The translations under genes and the position numbers were made by a program. Positions 18,822 to 29,495 of a DNA stretch of 64,000 bases are shown in pieces. The DNA is taken from the IMG/VR virus record IMGVR_UViG_3300033121_002286; one strand, given 5' to 3'. The first letter of the stretch is position 1; each line of letters opens with the position of its first letter. The DNA comes from an uncultured virus (IMG/VR IMGVR_UViG_3300033121_002286). Taxonomy: Duplodnaviria; Heunggongvirae; Uroviricota; Caudoviricetes. The notes beneath the pieces are model-generated. The model was not told where the DNA came from. It worked only from the letters and a program-made list of their open reading frames with translations, and made no database searches.

Positions 18822-19955
18822 TTATTGAGAATGTAAATTGTTAAATTCTTTTATCTTCTTAAAGATGCCTTTTTGGTGATTATTATGAGAAACATCAAAA
18901 GCTTTTTTCTTTCCTAATTTTTCAATTATTTTTTTATCTTCTTCACTAAGTTGCTTTGGTATATAAATATTTACATAAACATATAAATCACCAAAAAGAT
19001 TTGGATCATTTAAATTTGGCATTCCTTTACCTTGTAATCTTAATGTTTTTCCAGGTTCTGTCCCTTGGCTTAATACAGTTTTAACGGTACCATCTAATGT
19101 TTCTATTATAAGATTATCATTACCCAAAACAGAATCATGAATTGTTACAAATAGATCATAATGTAAATCATCTCCTATTCTTGAAAATTTTTCATCTGGA
19201 ATTTCAACAATATTAACAATTAAATCACCTGAAATATTGGCACCTTTTGAAAAATTACCTTTTTCGCTTATATTAAAACTCATGCCGCCATGAATTCCTT
19301 TTGGGATTTGTAAATCTAAAAACTCATCAACATTTTTTATAGATGTTCCATGACAAGTTTCACATTTTTTAGAAACCATCCTTCCTGTACCCCCACAATC
19401 ATCACACTCTTTTATAAACCTAGTTTGACCCCCAAAAAAAGATTGACCCATCATCACTTTTTGACCACTTCCTTGACATCCACTACAAGTTGTGTATGAA
19501 TTATTATCATATGCTCCTGTTCCACCACAATTGTTACATGGGGCAACCCTTCCATATTTAATTTTCTTTGTTAGTCCTGAGTAAATTTCTTTCAGAGTTA
19601 ATTTTAGGCTTATACTTATATCTTCTCCCTTTCTTATTACTTGACGATGTTGTTGGCCCCTATTAAAAAATTGATTAAAAAAACCCTCTCCAAAACCACC
19701 AAACCCTTCTGGAAAGCCGCCTTGGAAACCTTGAAAGCCTTGTTGACCACCAAACTTTTTTTGATGATCATATTGTGCTCTCTTCTTTTGATCTGATAGA
19801 ACATCAAATGCATGAGAAACCTTTTTGAAGGCCTCTTCATCACCTCCCTTATCTGGATGGAGCTCCTTGGCCTTTTTTCTATATGCCTTTTTTATTTCAT
19901 CTAGAGTAGCATCTTCTGAGACTCCAATCAATTGATATAAATCCTCTTCTTGCAT
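18822..19955 (-). CDS. dnaJ: molecular chaperone DnaJ
   Basis: J domain HPD, G/F region, four CxxCxGxG-type repeats, C-terminal LRLQGKGMP. Confidence 0.95.
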   Translation of the reverse strand: MQEEDLYQLIGVSEDATLDEIKKAYRKKAKELHPDKGGDEEAFKKVSHAFDVLSDQKKRAQYDHQKKFGGQQGFQGFQGGFPEGFGGFGEGFFNQFFNRGQQHRQVIRKGEDISISLKLTLKEIYSGLTKKIKYGRVAPCNNCGGTGAYDNNSYTTCSGCQGSGQKVMMGQSFFGGQTRFIKECDDCGGTGRMVSKKCETCHGTSIKNVDEFLDLQIPKGIHGGMSFNISEKGNFSKGANISGDLIVNIVEIPDEKFSRIGDDLHYDLFVTIHDSVLGNDNLIIETLDGTVKTVLSQGTEPGKTLRLQGKGMPNLNDPNLFGDLYVYVNIYIPKQLSEEDKKIIEKLGKKKAFDVSHNNHQKGIFKKIKEFNNLHSQ

Positions 19956-20155
19956 TATTTAAGTTTTTTTAAAAGATTAATTATAACAGCCAAGCAAAAA
20001 GGTAGGACAATTATTGTTCCAAGTAATAATATTGGAATCCACAGTGGAGAAAAAATCCAAACCCATCCCCAATGTAAAACTCCAAGCACCTTTAATACGA
20101 TAAAGGTAGCACATATTACCATTAATATGTTATCATTTTTTGATGTTTTTTTCAC
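19955..20155 (-). CDS. small phage membrane protein
   Basis: FIVLKVLGVLHWGWVWIFSPLWIP hydrophobic motif. Confidence 0.7.
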   Translation of the reverse strand: MKKTSKNDNILMVICATFIVLKVLGVLHWGWVWIFSPLWIPILLLGTIIVLPFCLAVIINLLKKLK

Positions 20156-20156
20156 T

Positions 20157-22403
20157 TTATGATTTTTCTTTATTTTTAATAATTACAACCTCTTCCTTAA
20201 CATAATCAATAGTAAATGAATCTCCTGGTTTTATTTTTTTCTCTAACATTGCTTTCGCAATTGTATTTTGAACATATGTTGTAATTGCTCTATGAACAGG
20301 ACGAACGCCAAACTCCTCCGAATAACCCTCCTCTGAAATAAAGTCCCTAATTGATTTTGTTGCTTTTACTTTATATCCAAGATCTTTTACTACATTCAAA
20401 AATTTATCTAAGTGTAAATCTGTTATTTTTGATATATTTTCTTTGGATAGTGTATTAAAAATAATCTGTTCATCAATTCTGTTTAATGTCTCTTTTCTAA
20501 ACACTTTTCCCAAAGCCTTGTCAATAATTGCCTTTGTATGCAACACGTCTTTAGTGCTATTTTTAGTAAATCCAACAGGTGAACTTTCACTCAATTCTTT
20601 TGTTCCAGCATTTGAAGTCATAATAATTATTGTGTTTTTAAAATTAATTACATGCCCTTCCGAATCAGTTAGCCTACCCTCATCTAATATTTGAAGTAAA
20701 ATATTTGTGATATTTGGATGTGCCTTTTCAATTTCATCAAACAACACAACACTATATGGTTTATTTCTAACCAACTCTGTTAATTGATTTGAATTTTCCC
20801 CATATCCTACAAATGAAGGGGGCGCTCCGATTATTTTTGTTATTGTATGCGCTTCCATAAATTCACTCATATCCAATTTAATAAGAGCAGACTCATCGTT
20901 AAATAAATACTCTGCTAATGCCTTTGCTAATTCCGTTTTGCCAACACCACTACTACCGAGAAATAAAAAATTTCCCAATGGTTTACGTGGATTACTTAAT
21001 CCAGTTCTGCTTCTTTGGATTACTTGACTAACTTTTGTAACAGCTTCATCTTGGCCTATAACTCTTTTCTTTAACTCCTCTTCCATTTTTAATAATTTGG
21101 TCCATTCATCTTGACCAATTTTTGTAACAGGAATACCAGTCATTTTGCCAACAACTTTTGCAATAATATCTACTGTGATTGGAATTTTATGAAGTTTCTG
21201 TTCCTCTTTCCATCTCAATTTAAATTCTTCAATTTTAGGAACCAATTCTTTTTCTTTGTCTCTTATCTTTGCAGCCTTTTCGTATTCTTGGCCTTTAACA
21301 ACTTTGTTTTTTTCATTCTTTAATTCAACAAGCTGTTTTTCCAAACCTTCAAGCTCCTTTGGAATAATGATGTTATCCAAATGTGCTCTTGCGCCAGCCT
21401 CATCAATGATATCTATTGATTTGTCCGGTTGAAAACGGTTTGTAATAAACCTGTCTGCAAAATCCACAGCTGCATCAATGGTTTCATCATCAAACTTTAC
21501 ATTATGAAAGTCCTCATATATATTTTTGATTTGTTTTAAAATTAATTTGGTTTCTTCTATTGAAGGTTCTGGGACCAAAATCTTTTGGAAACGTCTTTCC
21601 ATTGCTCCATCCTTTTCAATAGACTTTTTATATTCCTCAATAGTTGTTGCACCTATCACTTGCATTAAACCCCTGGCAAGAGCTGGCTTTATCATGTTTG
21701 ACACATCAAGAGCACCCATGGAATTACCGGCACCAATAATTGTGTGTAATTCATCTATAAAAAGAATGACATCAGGATTGTCTTCTATTTCATCCATGAT
21801 AGCCTTCATCCTCTCTTCAAATTGACCTCTGTATTTTGTTCCAGCAACAATCAAAGACAAATCAAGAGTAACTAATCTTTTACCATGTAATACAACACTA
21901 GTTTTTTTCTCTATGATTTTTTTTGCCAAACCTTCAACAATTGCCGTCTTACCAGTATTATGAGAAAAAATACCATTACTTTCATAGATGTGAGAGTCAG
22001 ATAAAACCTCTAAGTCATATGTGTCGTGAACTCCTATATTACTTATAGATAACACTTTAGAATCTCCATCTTTAGTGCAAACATAATCTCCAATATTTAT
22101 GTTTTTTAATCTAATAAAAAAGTTCCCATCTAAAAACTCTGATTTACCCACAATAAATTCAGGGACTTTAACAAGATGATCTTCAGAAGCTTTTAGACTC
22201 AAGCCATTATCTAACTTTATTTTTACACATGATTTTTCTGTTTTTAAATACAAATCACCAACTTCTTGAAAGCCGTTTTCTGTTAATATTTCATATTTCC
22301 CACCTTCTTTTAAAGTCAATTCAAAAAATTCTTTAATTGTTATTTTTTTTTCAACAAAAAATTCTTTAGTTTGTTCTTCTATTTCTAATAATTCGGAGTT
22401 CAT
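20157..22403 (-). CDS. clpC: ClpC-type AAA+ chaperone, C-terminal part, preceded by split-intein C fragment (149 aa, 21957..22403)
   Basis: Intein block B ASEDH, block F/G TYDLEV..NGIFSHN then TGKT; AGTKYRGQFEER, LFIDELH, UVR EYEKAAKIRD, GSSGVGKT, LFDEIEKAHP, PVGF loop. Confidence 0.93.
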   Translation of the reverse strand: MNSELLEIEEQTKEFFVEKKITIKEFFELTLKEGGKYEILTENGFQEVGDLYLKTEKSCVKIKLDNGLSLKASEDHLVKVPEFIVGKSEFLDGNFFIRLKNINIGDYVCTKDGDSKVLSISNIGVHDTYDLEVLSDSHIYESNGIFSHNTGKTAIVEGLAKKIIEKKTSVVLHGKRLVTLDLSLIVAGTKYRGQFEERMKAIMDEIEDNPDVILFIDELHTIIGAGNSMGALDVSNMIKPALARGLMQVIGATTIEEYKKSIEKDGAMERRFQKILVPEPSIEETKLILKQIKNIYEDFHNVKFDDETIDAAVDFADRFITNRFQPDKSIDIIDEAGARAHLDNIIIPKELEGLEKQLVELKNEKNKVVKGQEYEKAAKIRDKEKELVPKIEEFKLRWKEEQKLHKIPITVDIIAKVVGKMTGIPVTKIGQDEWTKLLKMEEELKKRVIGQDEAVTKVSQVIQRSRTGLSNPRKPLGNFLFLGSSGVGKTELAKALAEYLFNDESALIKLDMSEFMEAHTITKIIGAPPSFVGYGENSNQLTELVRNKPYSVVLFDEIEKAHPNITNILLQILDEGRLTDSEGHVINFKNTIIIMTSNAGTKELSESSPVGFTKNSTKDVLHTKAIIDKALGKVFRKETLNRIDEQIIFNTLSKENISKITDLHLDKFLNVVKDLGYKVKATKSIRDFISEEGYSEEFGVRPVHRAITTYVQNTIAKAMLEKKIKPGDSFTIDYVKEEVVIIKNKEKS

Positions 22404-22404
22404 A

Positions 22405-23628
22405 TTATTTTTGATTTTTGATTTTTAATTCATTTATTATATCATTGTAATTTTTAGAAAAAAGAAATTTAATTCCATTTTCATTACAATGTGATTTTTT
22501 TAGTTCAATTCTTTTTATATAATCCTTGTTTGATGATTTATACATTCCACAATACTCAACATATAAATCAAATTTTGGAATATAAAAATCATATTTTAGT
22601 CCTCTTGGTGGTTTAACGTTTTGATTGGGGTAAAAACCTTCATATTGATATTCTATATTATTCTCAAACAAAAATTTACTAATTATGTATTCTCCAGTAC
22701 TCCTACATATATGACCATTATATAACCAAGAATAACCATATCTACCTATTCTTTTTTTCAAAGTACCATGAGATTCGTATTCATTCAAAATATTTTTTTT
22801 TAATTCTTTATATGACATGTTATAAAATTCTTGTAAAACCTTAGATTTAAAAATCCAATCTATTATAAGTTGATTTTCAAATTCTATTTTATTTACAATA
22901 AATTTAGAAAGATCAGAAATGTTAGGACAAGCCAATAAACACTCTTTAATAAAAGAAGAATGGTCTTCTAAATAAGTACTATCATCCAACATTTTATAGC
23001 ACCAGTCTTCCCCATATTTATTTTTGTAACACTCTCCGCTTTTGCTAATTTTCTTTTTATTTATTTCTTTTAATTTGGCACTTGTTTTTGAGAATATTGT
23101 GTTAATCCACTTTATTTGTCTTTCTTCCCAAACTTTTATACCATCATCATTGCCAAACTTTTCTATACATTTTTTTTTAGAAAATGTTGTTTGTCTGTTT
23201 TTTAGTTCATTTTTTGCATCATCTTCGCTAAAACCTTTATTTAAATAATATTCTAACCTAGTGGATCTTTTTTTTGCCCATTCATTAAAATTTTCTTCTT
23301 TTAATTTTAAGCTTTTTTTTATCCCAACCCCTGATCTTCTAGATTGTTCTGCAGCAATTTTTTTAATAGATTCATCTTCGCTCCAGCCTCTATCCAACCA
23401 ATATTTTTTACTAAGCGCTGTGACAGAATAAAATATTTGAGCAAAAATTATTCTTAGTGGTTTTTTTGTTATTGTTATTTCTTTATTAATTACCAAATCA
23501 TACAATAAATTCTTATTGTATTCTGGTAAAGACTTAAAATTATTGAGCCACTTAAAATCCATAAATAATTTTATTGCCACTTTTACACCATCAATTTTAA
23601 TTTTTATTTTTTTTCCTTTGTATATCAT
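22405..23628 (-). CDS. free-standing putative homing endonuclease (PD-(D/E)xK / DUF559-like C-terminus)
   Basis: Repeated YWLDRGWSEDES/YYLNKGFSEDDA units; C-terminal RSTGE..YDFYIP..YVEYCG; lies between the two split-intein halves. Confidence 0.75.
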   Translation of the reverse strand: MIYKGKKIKIKIDGVKVAIKLFMDFKWLNNFKSLPEYNKNLLYDLVINKEITITKKPLRIIFAQIFYSVTALSKKYWLDRGWSEDESIKKIAAEQSRRSGVGIKKSLKLKEENFNEWAKKRSTRLEYYLNKGFSEDDAKNELKNRQTTFSKKKCIEKFGNDDGIKVWEERQIKWINTIFSKTSAKLKEINKKKISKSGECYKNKYGEDWCYKMLDDSTYLEDHSSFIKECLLACPNISDLSKFIVNKIEFENQLIIDWIFKSKVLQEFYNMSYKELKKNILNEYESHGTLKKRIGRYGYSWLYNGHICRSTGEYIISKFLFENNIEYQYEGFYPNQNVKPPRGLKYDFYIPKFDLYVEYCGMYKSSNKDYIKRIELKKSHCNENGIKFLFSKNYNDIINELKIKNQK

Positions 23629-23675
23629 GTGAAGTGCTGGGGCTGGGAAATGCCCAACCCCGCTTCACATAAATA
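23627..23675 (-). promoter_or_regulatory. GC-rich hairpin sequestering the endonuclease start codon, with overlapping TATTTAT motif
   Basis: ATGTGAAG-CGGGGTTGGG..CCCAGCCCC..CTTCACAT(G); stem includes AU of the AUG at 23628. Confidence 0.75.
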
Positions 23676-23686
23676 GTGTTGAAAAA

Positions 23687-23986
23687 TTAAATTTTAATAA
23701 TTTTATGTCTGCTGTCATTAGATGTCTTTCTTATAGTTATCAATGTATCTTCTAAAACACAACCTGGTTCCCCAATTAAAACTGGGTTGTTTTTCTTTTT
23801 TCTGCTAAGAATTTGAATAACTCTTTCAATTTCATCTTCCCTACCAATTACAGGTTCTAATTTTCCCTCTTCGGCCATTCTGGTTAAATCTTTTCCGAAA
23901 TTATCCAAGAGAGGGGTTGAAGATTTTTGCTTCTTTATATTTTCCTTAGAGGGCTTTACATCATCATCAAATTGTTCTATTGCCAT
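23687..23986 (-). CDS. clpC: ClpC N-terminal part (75 aa) fused to 24-aa split-intein N fragment (23690..23761)
   Basis: [45 protein letters not shown] then intein block A CVLEDTLI, then stop. Confidence 0.92.
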   Translation of the reverse strand: MAIEQFDDDVKPSKENIKKQKSSTPLLDNFGKDLTRMAEEGKLEPVIGREDEIERVIQILSRKKKNNPVLIGEPGCVLEDTLITIRKTSNDSRHKIIKI

Positions 23987-24008
23987 AATATTATTTTTTA
24001 CGTATTTG

Positions 24009-24494
24009 TTATTTTTTATCAGTTGATCCGAATCCGCCATCACCACGAGATGTGTCAGTTAAACTATCCGTTTCTATAAAATGATACAGGAGTACTTCCT
24101 CAAAAAATATTTGAGCTATTTTATCACCTAACTCATATATTTTTGGTTCTCTAAAAGCTTTCTGGAATCCATTTTCGTCAATATTATAATCGGATTTTTT
24201 TTTAGGTTTTAAAATCTTAAATCTCACCTTCCACTCTCCCCTATACAGGGAATCGACCTGTGCCGGTGAATTACACATAATTAAATCATATTTTGAAACA
24301 CTGCTTCTTGGTACAATAATTCCTTTATAACCAATTGGTATTTCTGTTGAAAACCCAAGACCATATTCCCAGCAATTTAATTCTTCAAGCCAAGTTCTGC
24401 TCATTGCAATAACGTCAGCCCCTGCATCCCCTTCGTGTGCCGGAATAGGCAAAACTACATCCGGGTTTAATTTTTTAAATTTTATGTTTATCAT
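24009..24494 (-). CDS. dut: dUTPase (trimeric)
   Basis: [32 protein letters not shown]. Confidence 0.95.
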   Translation of the reverse strand: MINIKFKKLNPDVVLPIPAHEGDAGADVIAMSRTWLEELNCWEYGLGFSTEIPIGYKGIIVPRSSVSKYDLIMCNSPAQVDSLYRGEWKVRFKILKPKKKSDYNIDENGFQKAFREPKIYELGDKIAQIFFEEVLLYHFIETDSLTDTSRGDGGFGSTDKK

Positions 24495-24606
24495 TTTCTG
24501 TCTAATTTCTCACAAATATAAGAAATAAAATTAAAAATTAGAAACTATAAACTAAAAAAACACATATTTTAGCCTATTTACAAGTAGAAAGTTTTAACTT
24601 CTGAAG

Positions 24607-25176
24607 ATGAGCAACTTAAAAGACATTATAAAAAAGAAAATTATTGAAAATTTTCTCAACAACACAGGTCAATCAACACATTATGATTTTGAATTGGATA
24701 AAAAGGTTAAGATTTTAGCTGAAACCATTGATTTTAAAACCCAAACAGCAAAAGCAGAAATTGTGTCCGGAAAAGAAAGGGGCCAGATTATTTTGGTAAA
24801 TTTGGATAATATTATAAATTTAAAAGAAGCTCGTATGGTATTTGAAGATGAAAGTAACTATCCACCTGGTGCGGAATTTGATCCTAATGCACCATATAAT
24901 CAGCCGGAAGATCCAGAAATAAAAAAATATACCATTAACTATACAGATCAAAAATTTGAAGTTGAATTAATGAGCGGTCAAAGTTTTGAGTTGGATTTTA
25001 TTGATGTGTTAGAAGATTATTGGAAAAAAACTCCAGGCTCTTTTGAAAGAAATAACCAAGAATTTGGACACTTAGACACAGAAATGGATTCAGCAGTAAT
25101 AAAAAAACTTAGGGAAGAAAATTACGATTTTTCCGACTCTATAATGTCTATTGCTGAAACAAAGAATTTATTTTAA
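24607..25176 (+). CDS. hypothetical protein (IK..IIE leader; YPPGAEFDPNAPYNQ motif)
   Basis: 189-aa ORF after TATTTAC motif. Confidence 0.7.
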   Translation: MSNLKDIIKKKIIENFLNNTGQSTHYDFELDKKVKILAETIDFKTQTAKAEIVSGKERGQIILVNLDNIINLKEARMVFEDESNYPPGAEFDPNAPYNQPEDPEIKKYTINYTDQKFEVELMSGQSFELDFIDVLEDYWKKTPGSFERNNQEFGHLDTEMDSAVIKKLREENYDFSDSIMSIAETKNLF

Positions 25177-25605
25177 TTCTTTTAAAAATTCTTTCCTCAA
25201 ATATTCAATAGCCTTCTCTGTTCTTAAATTATTATATAATTCAGAATATAAATTTTCAGGCAAATTGAGTTTTTGATTCCTGTAATATTTCTTTGTCTGG
25301 TTTACAATTGTCTTGAGAGGCAGTTTTATTATTTTTTCAAAAAACATCTTTTCTTGATCTGTGAATTTAACAGAAAAAGGGTATAGAGAATTTTTTTCAG
25401 AAGATGTATTTAATATGTTTGGAGAAAAAATAGTACCATTTCTCAATTTTAATCTCATATTAGAAAAAAACCATTTCATTTCAGAAACTTCTACATCTTC
25501 AACACCTTCAGGCTTTAATTTTTCCAAATACAATTCAAAGGCATGCTGAAAATATCCATATGCCAGAATGTGGTGAAGTGAGTTTTTTATTATCACACTT
25601 TTCAT
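25168..25605 (-). CDS. hypothetical protein
   Basis: 145-aa ORF 7 nt downstream of ECF-type promoter. Confidence 0.7.
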   Translation of the reverse strand: MKSVIIKNSLHHILAYGYFQHAFELYLEKLKPEGVEDVEVSEMKWFFSNMRLKLRNGTIFSPNILNTSSEKNSLYPFSVKFTDQEKMFFEKIIKLPLKTIVNQTKKYYRNQKLNLPENLYSELYNNLRTEKAIEYLRKEFLKELK

Positions 25606-25612
25606 GACTTTT

Positions 25613-25639
25613 AAACGTTAAAATTAAAGAAAAGTTACA
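25613..25639 (-). promoter_or_regulatory. ECF-sigma-type promoter TGTAAC-N16-CGTTT
   Basis: Exact motif and spacing. Confidence 0.7.
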
Positions 25640-25651
25640 TATTTATTTGTA

Positions 25652-26074
25652 ATGAAAACTATAGGAGCAGGTATAATTGCCATAGAGAAACAAGAAGGGA
25701 AGGTGCTCTTGGGCCGCAGGGGATTAAAATGCGACAATCCCAACTGTTGGGTTCCCTTTGGCGGTACATTTGAATTAAAGGACGAATTTCCAAGGAGAAC
25801 AGCATTTAGAGAGTTTTTAGAAGAAACAGGATGCCAGGATAAATTTATGTTAGGCAAAAAGCCATTTTTCATACAAGAGGATAATCACCTTAGGTTTTAT
25901 ACCTATATAGGAATATTTGATTGCCCTTTTATTCCGGAATTAAACTCTGAAAATTTAGAGTTCGGATGGTTTGATATAGATTTGCTTCCAGAAAACTTAC
26001 ACCCTGGTTTTTTAAAACTTCTGCAAGAAAAAAAAGATGAACTTAAAGAACTTTGTAGATTTGTTACTTTTTAA
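25652..26074 (+). CDS. NUDIX hydrolase
   Basis: GGTFELKDEFPRRTAFREFLEETG Nudix box; LPENLHPG. Confidence 0.9.
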   Translation: MKTIGAGIIAIEKQEGKVLLGRRGLKCDNPNCWVPFGGTFELKDEFPRRTAFREFLEETGCQDKFMLGKKPFFIQEDNHLRFYTYIGIFDCPFIPELNSENLEFGWFDIDLLPENLHPGFLKLLQEKKDELKELCRFVTF

Positions 26075-26552
26075 TTTTCGCTAAAGCAGAGTTTGAGTAT
26101 TTTCTAATTCCTGTAATTTCTTTTCCAAACCATTCAGGGGCAACAAAAGTATGAGCTTCCTTTTCTGTTTTAAACTCAACTTCTATTACAATTAAACCTT
26201 TAAGATGTCCATAAAATATATCCAGTTCTCCAATAAATTTTTTATACACAAAGAAAAACCTTTTTTTGATAATTGGCTCTGTGATAGATCTCTTCACAAG
26301 AGACTGGAACTCTTTTTTGTTGATTTTAATTTCTTGCTCCGGTCTTGCCAGTGATTTTTTGTCTCCCTGGACTTTAACACAAAGAATAAATTCATTCCCG
26401 TCCTGTTGCCTAATTCTTATAACCGGCTTTTTACTGATGTACCATTGTTTAATCTCACTGAACAGCAATGTGGAGATGTCTATTTCTTCAGGAATTGTCT
26501 TAACAAGCCAACGCCTTTCTATCTCCTGTGTACCACTATTTATTTTTGCCAT
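26064..26552 (-). CDS. CYTH-domain (triphosphate tunnel) protein
   Basis: EIERRWLV, RIR, IKKR, ELDIF, EVEF, PEWFGKEIT..YSN. Confidence 0.9.
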   Translation of the reverse strand: MAKINSGTQEIERRWLVKTIPEEIDISTLLFSEIKQWYISKKPVIRIRQQDGNEFILCVKVQGDKKSLARPEQEIKINKKEFQSLVKRSITEPIIKKRFFFVYKKFIGELDIFYGHLKGLIVIEVEFKTEKEAHTFVAPEWFGKEITGIRKYSNSALAKIKK

Positions 26553-26560
26553 ATGTTTTT

Positions 26561-26587
26561 AAACGAAGAAATTCAAAAAAAGTTACA
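26561..26587 (-). promoter_or_regulatory. ECF-sigma-type promoter TGTAAC-N16-CGTTT
   Basis: Exact motif 8 nt upstream of the CYTH start. Confidence 0.7.
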
Positions 26588-26604
26588 CTCGTTAGCAGTA
26601 GTAA

Positions 26605-27489
26605 TTAATAAGATGCTATATCACCTTTGTAAAATTCCATATAATTATTAAACTGCCCACTTTTTGTTAGTTTAATCAATCCATACCGTTCAACATATAT
26701 ATAACCATCAATGTCTTTATCTTTAAACGGCATTATATATGTGGAATCTCCTTCAACTAATTTGTGAAATTTTATTCCATACTTTTTAAGTGTTTCCTGC
26801 ACTAATTCTAAATTTGTCATAATTTATATATTTTAACTGTTGTTTTAACAGTTTGTTCCCACCGTTCATTGCACTTATTGCATATATAATGTTTACCAAC
26901 ACTATCATAGTCATCAGATTTGCATTTAGGGCAAACCAATTTTATATCATTATTATTTTTTAACTTTTGCTCTAAGTTTTTATTTTTTTTCATGCTAGTT
27001 AAACAACTTCGTATAAATCATAATGTAATTCAACAAAATCTTCATTTGGTGATAATATAGGAAAGCAATTTTTTAAAAAACCACGTTCAGTTATTTTGTG
27101 AAACTCTACCATTTCTACATAATCTGATTTAGAATTTGCTGTTTTATTTTTGTCTTGCCATTTTTTAAAATAAAAAATATCAACTTCATCATTTAGTGGT
27201 ATAACTAATCTACCTTCATTATTATATCTTCCACTGAAAATTTTGTTATTTATTATAACTTTCATATTTCCTCTGAGTTTTTAATTGTTTCACGCCTTTG
27301 TTTATATTCATCTAATAATTTAATTGCGTTATCAACCCTCTCTTGTTTCCACTTATTATTTGGATCTCTAACCCACTCATCAACAAATAATATTTCACCA
27401 AATTGAAAGTTTTCATCCAACACATCATTAATTTTCATCAATGTACGTTTATGTAACAAATCTAATTGTATGCTTTTATCTAATTTCAT
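26605..27489 (-). other. run of small hypothetical CDSs (26605..26820, 26999..27265, 27262..27489)
   Basis: Co-oriented short ORFs downstream of TAnnTTTG at 27495. Confidence 0.6.
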
Positions 27490-27516
27490 AAAAACAAATA
27501 TACAAAAAAAGCAATA

Positions 27517-28521
27517 TCACTTAGGGAAATTAGACCACTTTAATTCATTGCTTTTCCACTTAAAATAATCATCAACAGCGTTTTTGCCAGAATTTATTAA
27601 AAAATCTATTTTTTCTTTTGACAATTTAAATTCGGTGGTACCAACATTTCCACTATCAATAAAAACAGTTCTATTCCAGTCATTATTATTTAAATGCTTT
27701 TTATTTACCATTTCCAATGTGAAATTAGCTAAAGTAACAATAAAATTTTTAAGACTTTTTGTTGAATGGGGGTCTACTTCCCAGGATGCAGACTCCTTTA
27801 AATAATTTTTTTCATCTTTTGAATCTACTCTAAAACCTAATGTTTCATAATTAAATGCGTAATCAGGATCATAATCTGAATATGCAAAAATAGCATTGTC
27901 TGGATTATATACATATTTTCTGTTGTCAAATAATTGTATTGGATAATTAGAAGTTAGTCCACCATCAACATAGTAATCATCATTTTCTTTTATACTTGTA
28001 AAAAATATTGGTATACTCATAGACATTCTTACTGCTTTATATATTGGAAGATCGGGATGATTTTCAAAAGATATTGCTTCTGCTTTTTGTTTTGTTACAT
28101 TGGTTGTTACCACATACAAGTCCTTGTATCCTGGTTCTTTTTTCTGAATTTTATTATTTAAATCCCTAAATGTAAAATTTCTATTTCCAGTCTTTTTCTC
28201 AATTAAGTCACCCAACCACTTTTCAAATGTATCACCCTTATTCCATCCATAATATTTTAAAAGTCTAATAATATCTCTAATAAATAAAAATGTATTGTCT
28301 TCAAATTTTTTAAAACTTGTTTCTGCAACAATATTTAAAATGTCATTTGAAGAATATCCAACCGCAATCAAACATGCTGTAATCGCTCCTGCAGAGGTTC
28401 CAGCAACACGAGTTAACCCTGAAATAATTCCAAGCTCATCAAGTTTTAAAAGAGAACCACCGTAAGCAATCCCCTTTACACCACCCCCTTCTAGAACTAA
28501 ATTTTTATAATTTAAATTCAT
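27517..28521 (-). CDS. patatin-like phospholipase
   Basis: EGGGVKG, GTSAG, DGG. Confidence 0.93.
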   Translation of the reverse strand: MNLNYKNLVLEGGGVKGIAYGGSLLKLDELGIISGLTRVAGTSAGAITACLIAVGYSSNDILNIVAETSFKKFEDNTFLFIRDIIRLLKYYGWNKGDTFEKWLGDLIEKKTGNRNFTFRDLNNKIQKKEPGYKDLYVVTTNVTKQKAEAISFENHPDLPIYKAVRMSMSIPIFFTSIKENDDYYVDGGLTSNYPIQLFDNRKYVYNPDNAIFAYSDYDPDYAFNYETLGFRVDSKDEKNYLKESASWEVDPHSTKSLKNFIVTLANFTLEMVNKKHLNNNDWNRTVFIDSGNVGTTEFKLSKEKIDFLINSGKNAVDDYFKWKSNELKWSNFPK

Positions 28522-28522
28522 T

Positions 28523-29269
28523 TTACCTATCAGTTATTAAAGCAAACTCTCCGTCTTCAGAAATTAATCTTTTAACTGTATCATACGGAATCCACACTTC
28601 CGGATAAAGTTTACCCCAAGAATTTTTTATCTTAAAAGCTTTTCTTTTATCTGAAGCCCCATATAAACAAACACAATGTCCCCCTCTTATTTCTCCAAGA
28701 CCTCCTTCACCAATCCAATACTCTCTCCCTTTTTTCTTTGGATCATCAAAATTAGAATACCAATTTACCCCCATTGACAAAGGAATGCCCATGGAGATTG
28801 CTGTTCTAATTTCATCTACAGTTGTTGCCCAACGATTTGTTGATATACCTTCATTCAAATCAACAGGAAGGTCTTTTGTTCCCTTAATTCTAACATGACC
28901 TTTTGTTCTTAATATATCACAAGCAGCCCTTACAGATGTACCATTATCATCACCTGGATTTGTATCAGGCCATTCATCAATCATCTTAGCATTGTTCCAA
29001 AGCCAAAAAGGATCATATTTGTGAGTGTATGGTTTTTCAGAAATTGTACGTGCTTGTTGTTCGTTTACAATGCTCATCATCATTGATGTGCCAAAACCCA
29101 CACAACTTCCTTGTTGGCCTTGATCCCAGCTTTTGTGGAAAGATGGTAATTTTAATGTTTTTTCAACGTTTATTACTGCTTTTGGAGCAACAGCCGAAAA
29201 AGGATATTTGCTTACATGCTTCCAATCACTTGGAGTTTTTCTGCCAAGAGGTCTTTGATTGTTATTCAT
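28523..29269 (-). CDS. papain-like (C1) cysteine peptidase
   Basis: DQGQQGSCVGF, GGHCV, IKNSWG. Confidence 0.9.
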   Translation of the reverse strand: MNNNQRPLGRKTPSDWKHVSKYPFSAVAPKAVINVEKTLKLPSFHKSWDQGQQGSCVGFGTSMMMSIVNEQQARTISEKPYTHKYDPFWLWNNAKMIDEWPDTNPGDDNGTSVRAACDILRTKGHVRIKGTKDLPVDLNEGISTNRWATTVDEIRTAISMGIPLSMGVNWYSNFDDPKKKGREYWIGEGGLGEIRGGHCVCLYGASDKRKAFKIKNSWGKLYPEVWIPYDTVKRLISEDGEFALITDR

Positions 29270-29495
29270 TTAAAATTTTATATTTTAAATAAATAGCACA
29301 AAAAATAAGACCTTAAATGATAGAAATTAGTTTTTTAAGAATCTGAATTTGTCCAATTGTCTGGTTTTCAATTTTTAATATTTCTATGTCTGAATTCTTA
29401 AAAACAATATTTTTTTTCATTTTCATAATGTCTTTCAATCTTTTTTTTGCACTCTCCAATTCCTCTTTTAATATTTTTTTAGTTTTCATGAGGTG

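Noticed and set aside
22405..23686. Group I/II intron interrupting clpC
   Set aside because: No P7 R/S or domain V motifs seen and almost no non-coding space; intein motifs on both sides explain the split
27517..29269. Patatin plus peptidase as a CBASS-like defence operon
   Set aside because: No cyclase (CD-NTase) or sensor gene adjacent; both families occur alone in large phages
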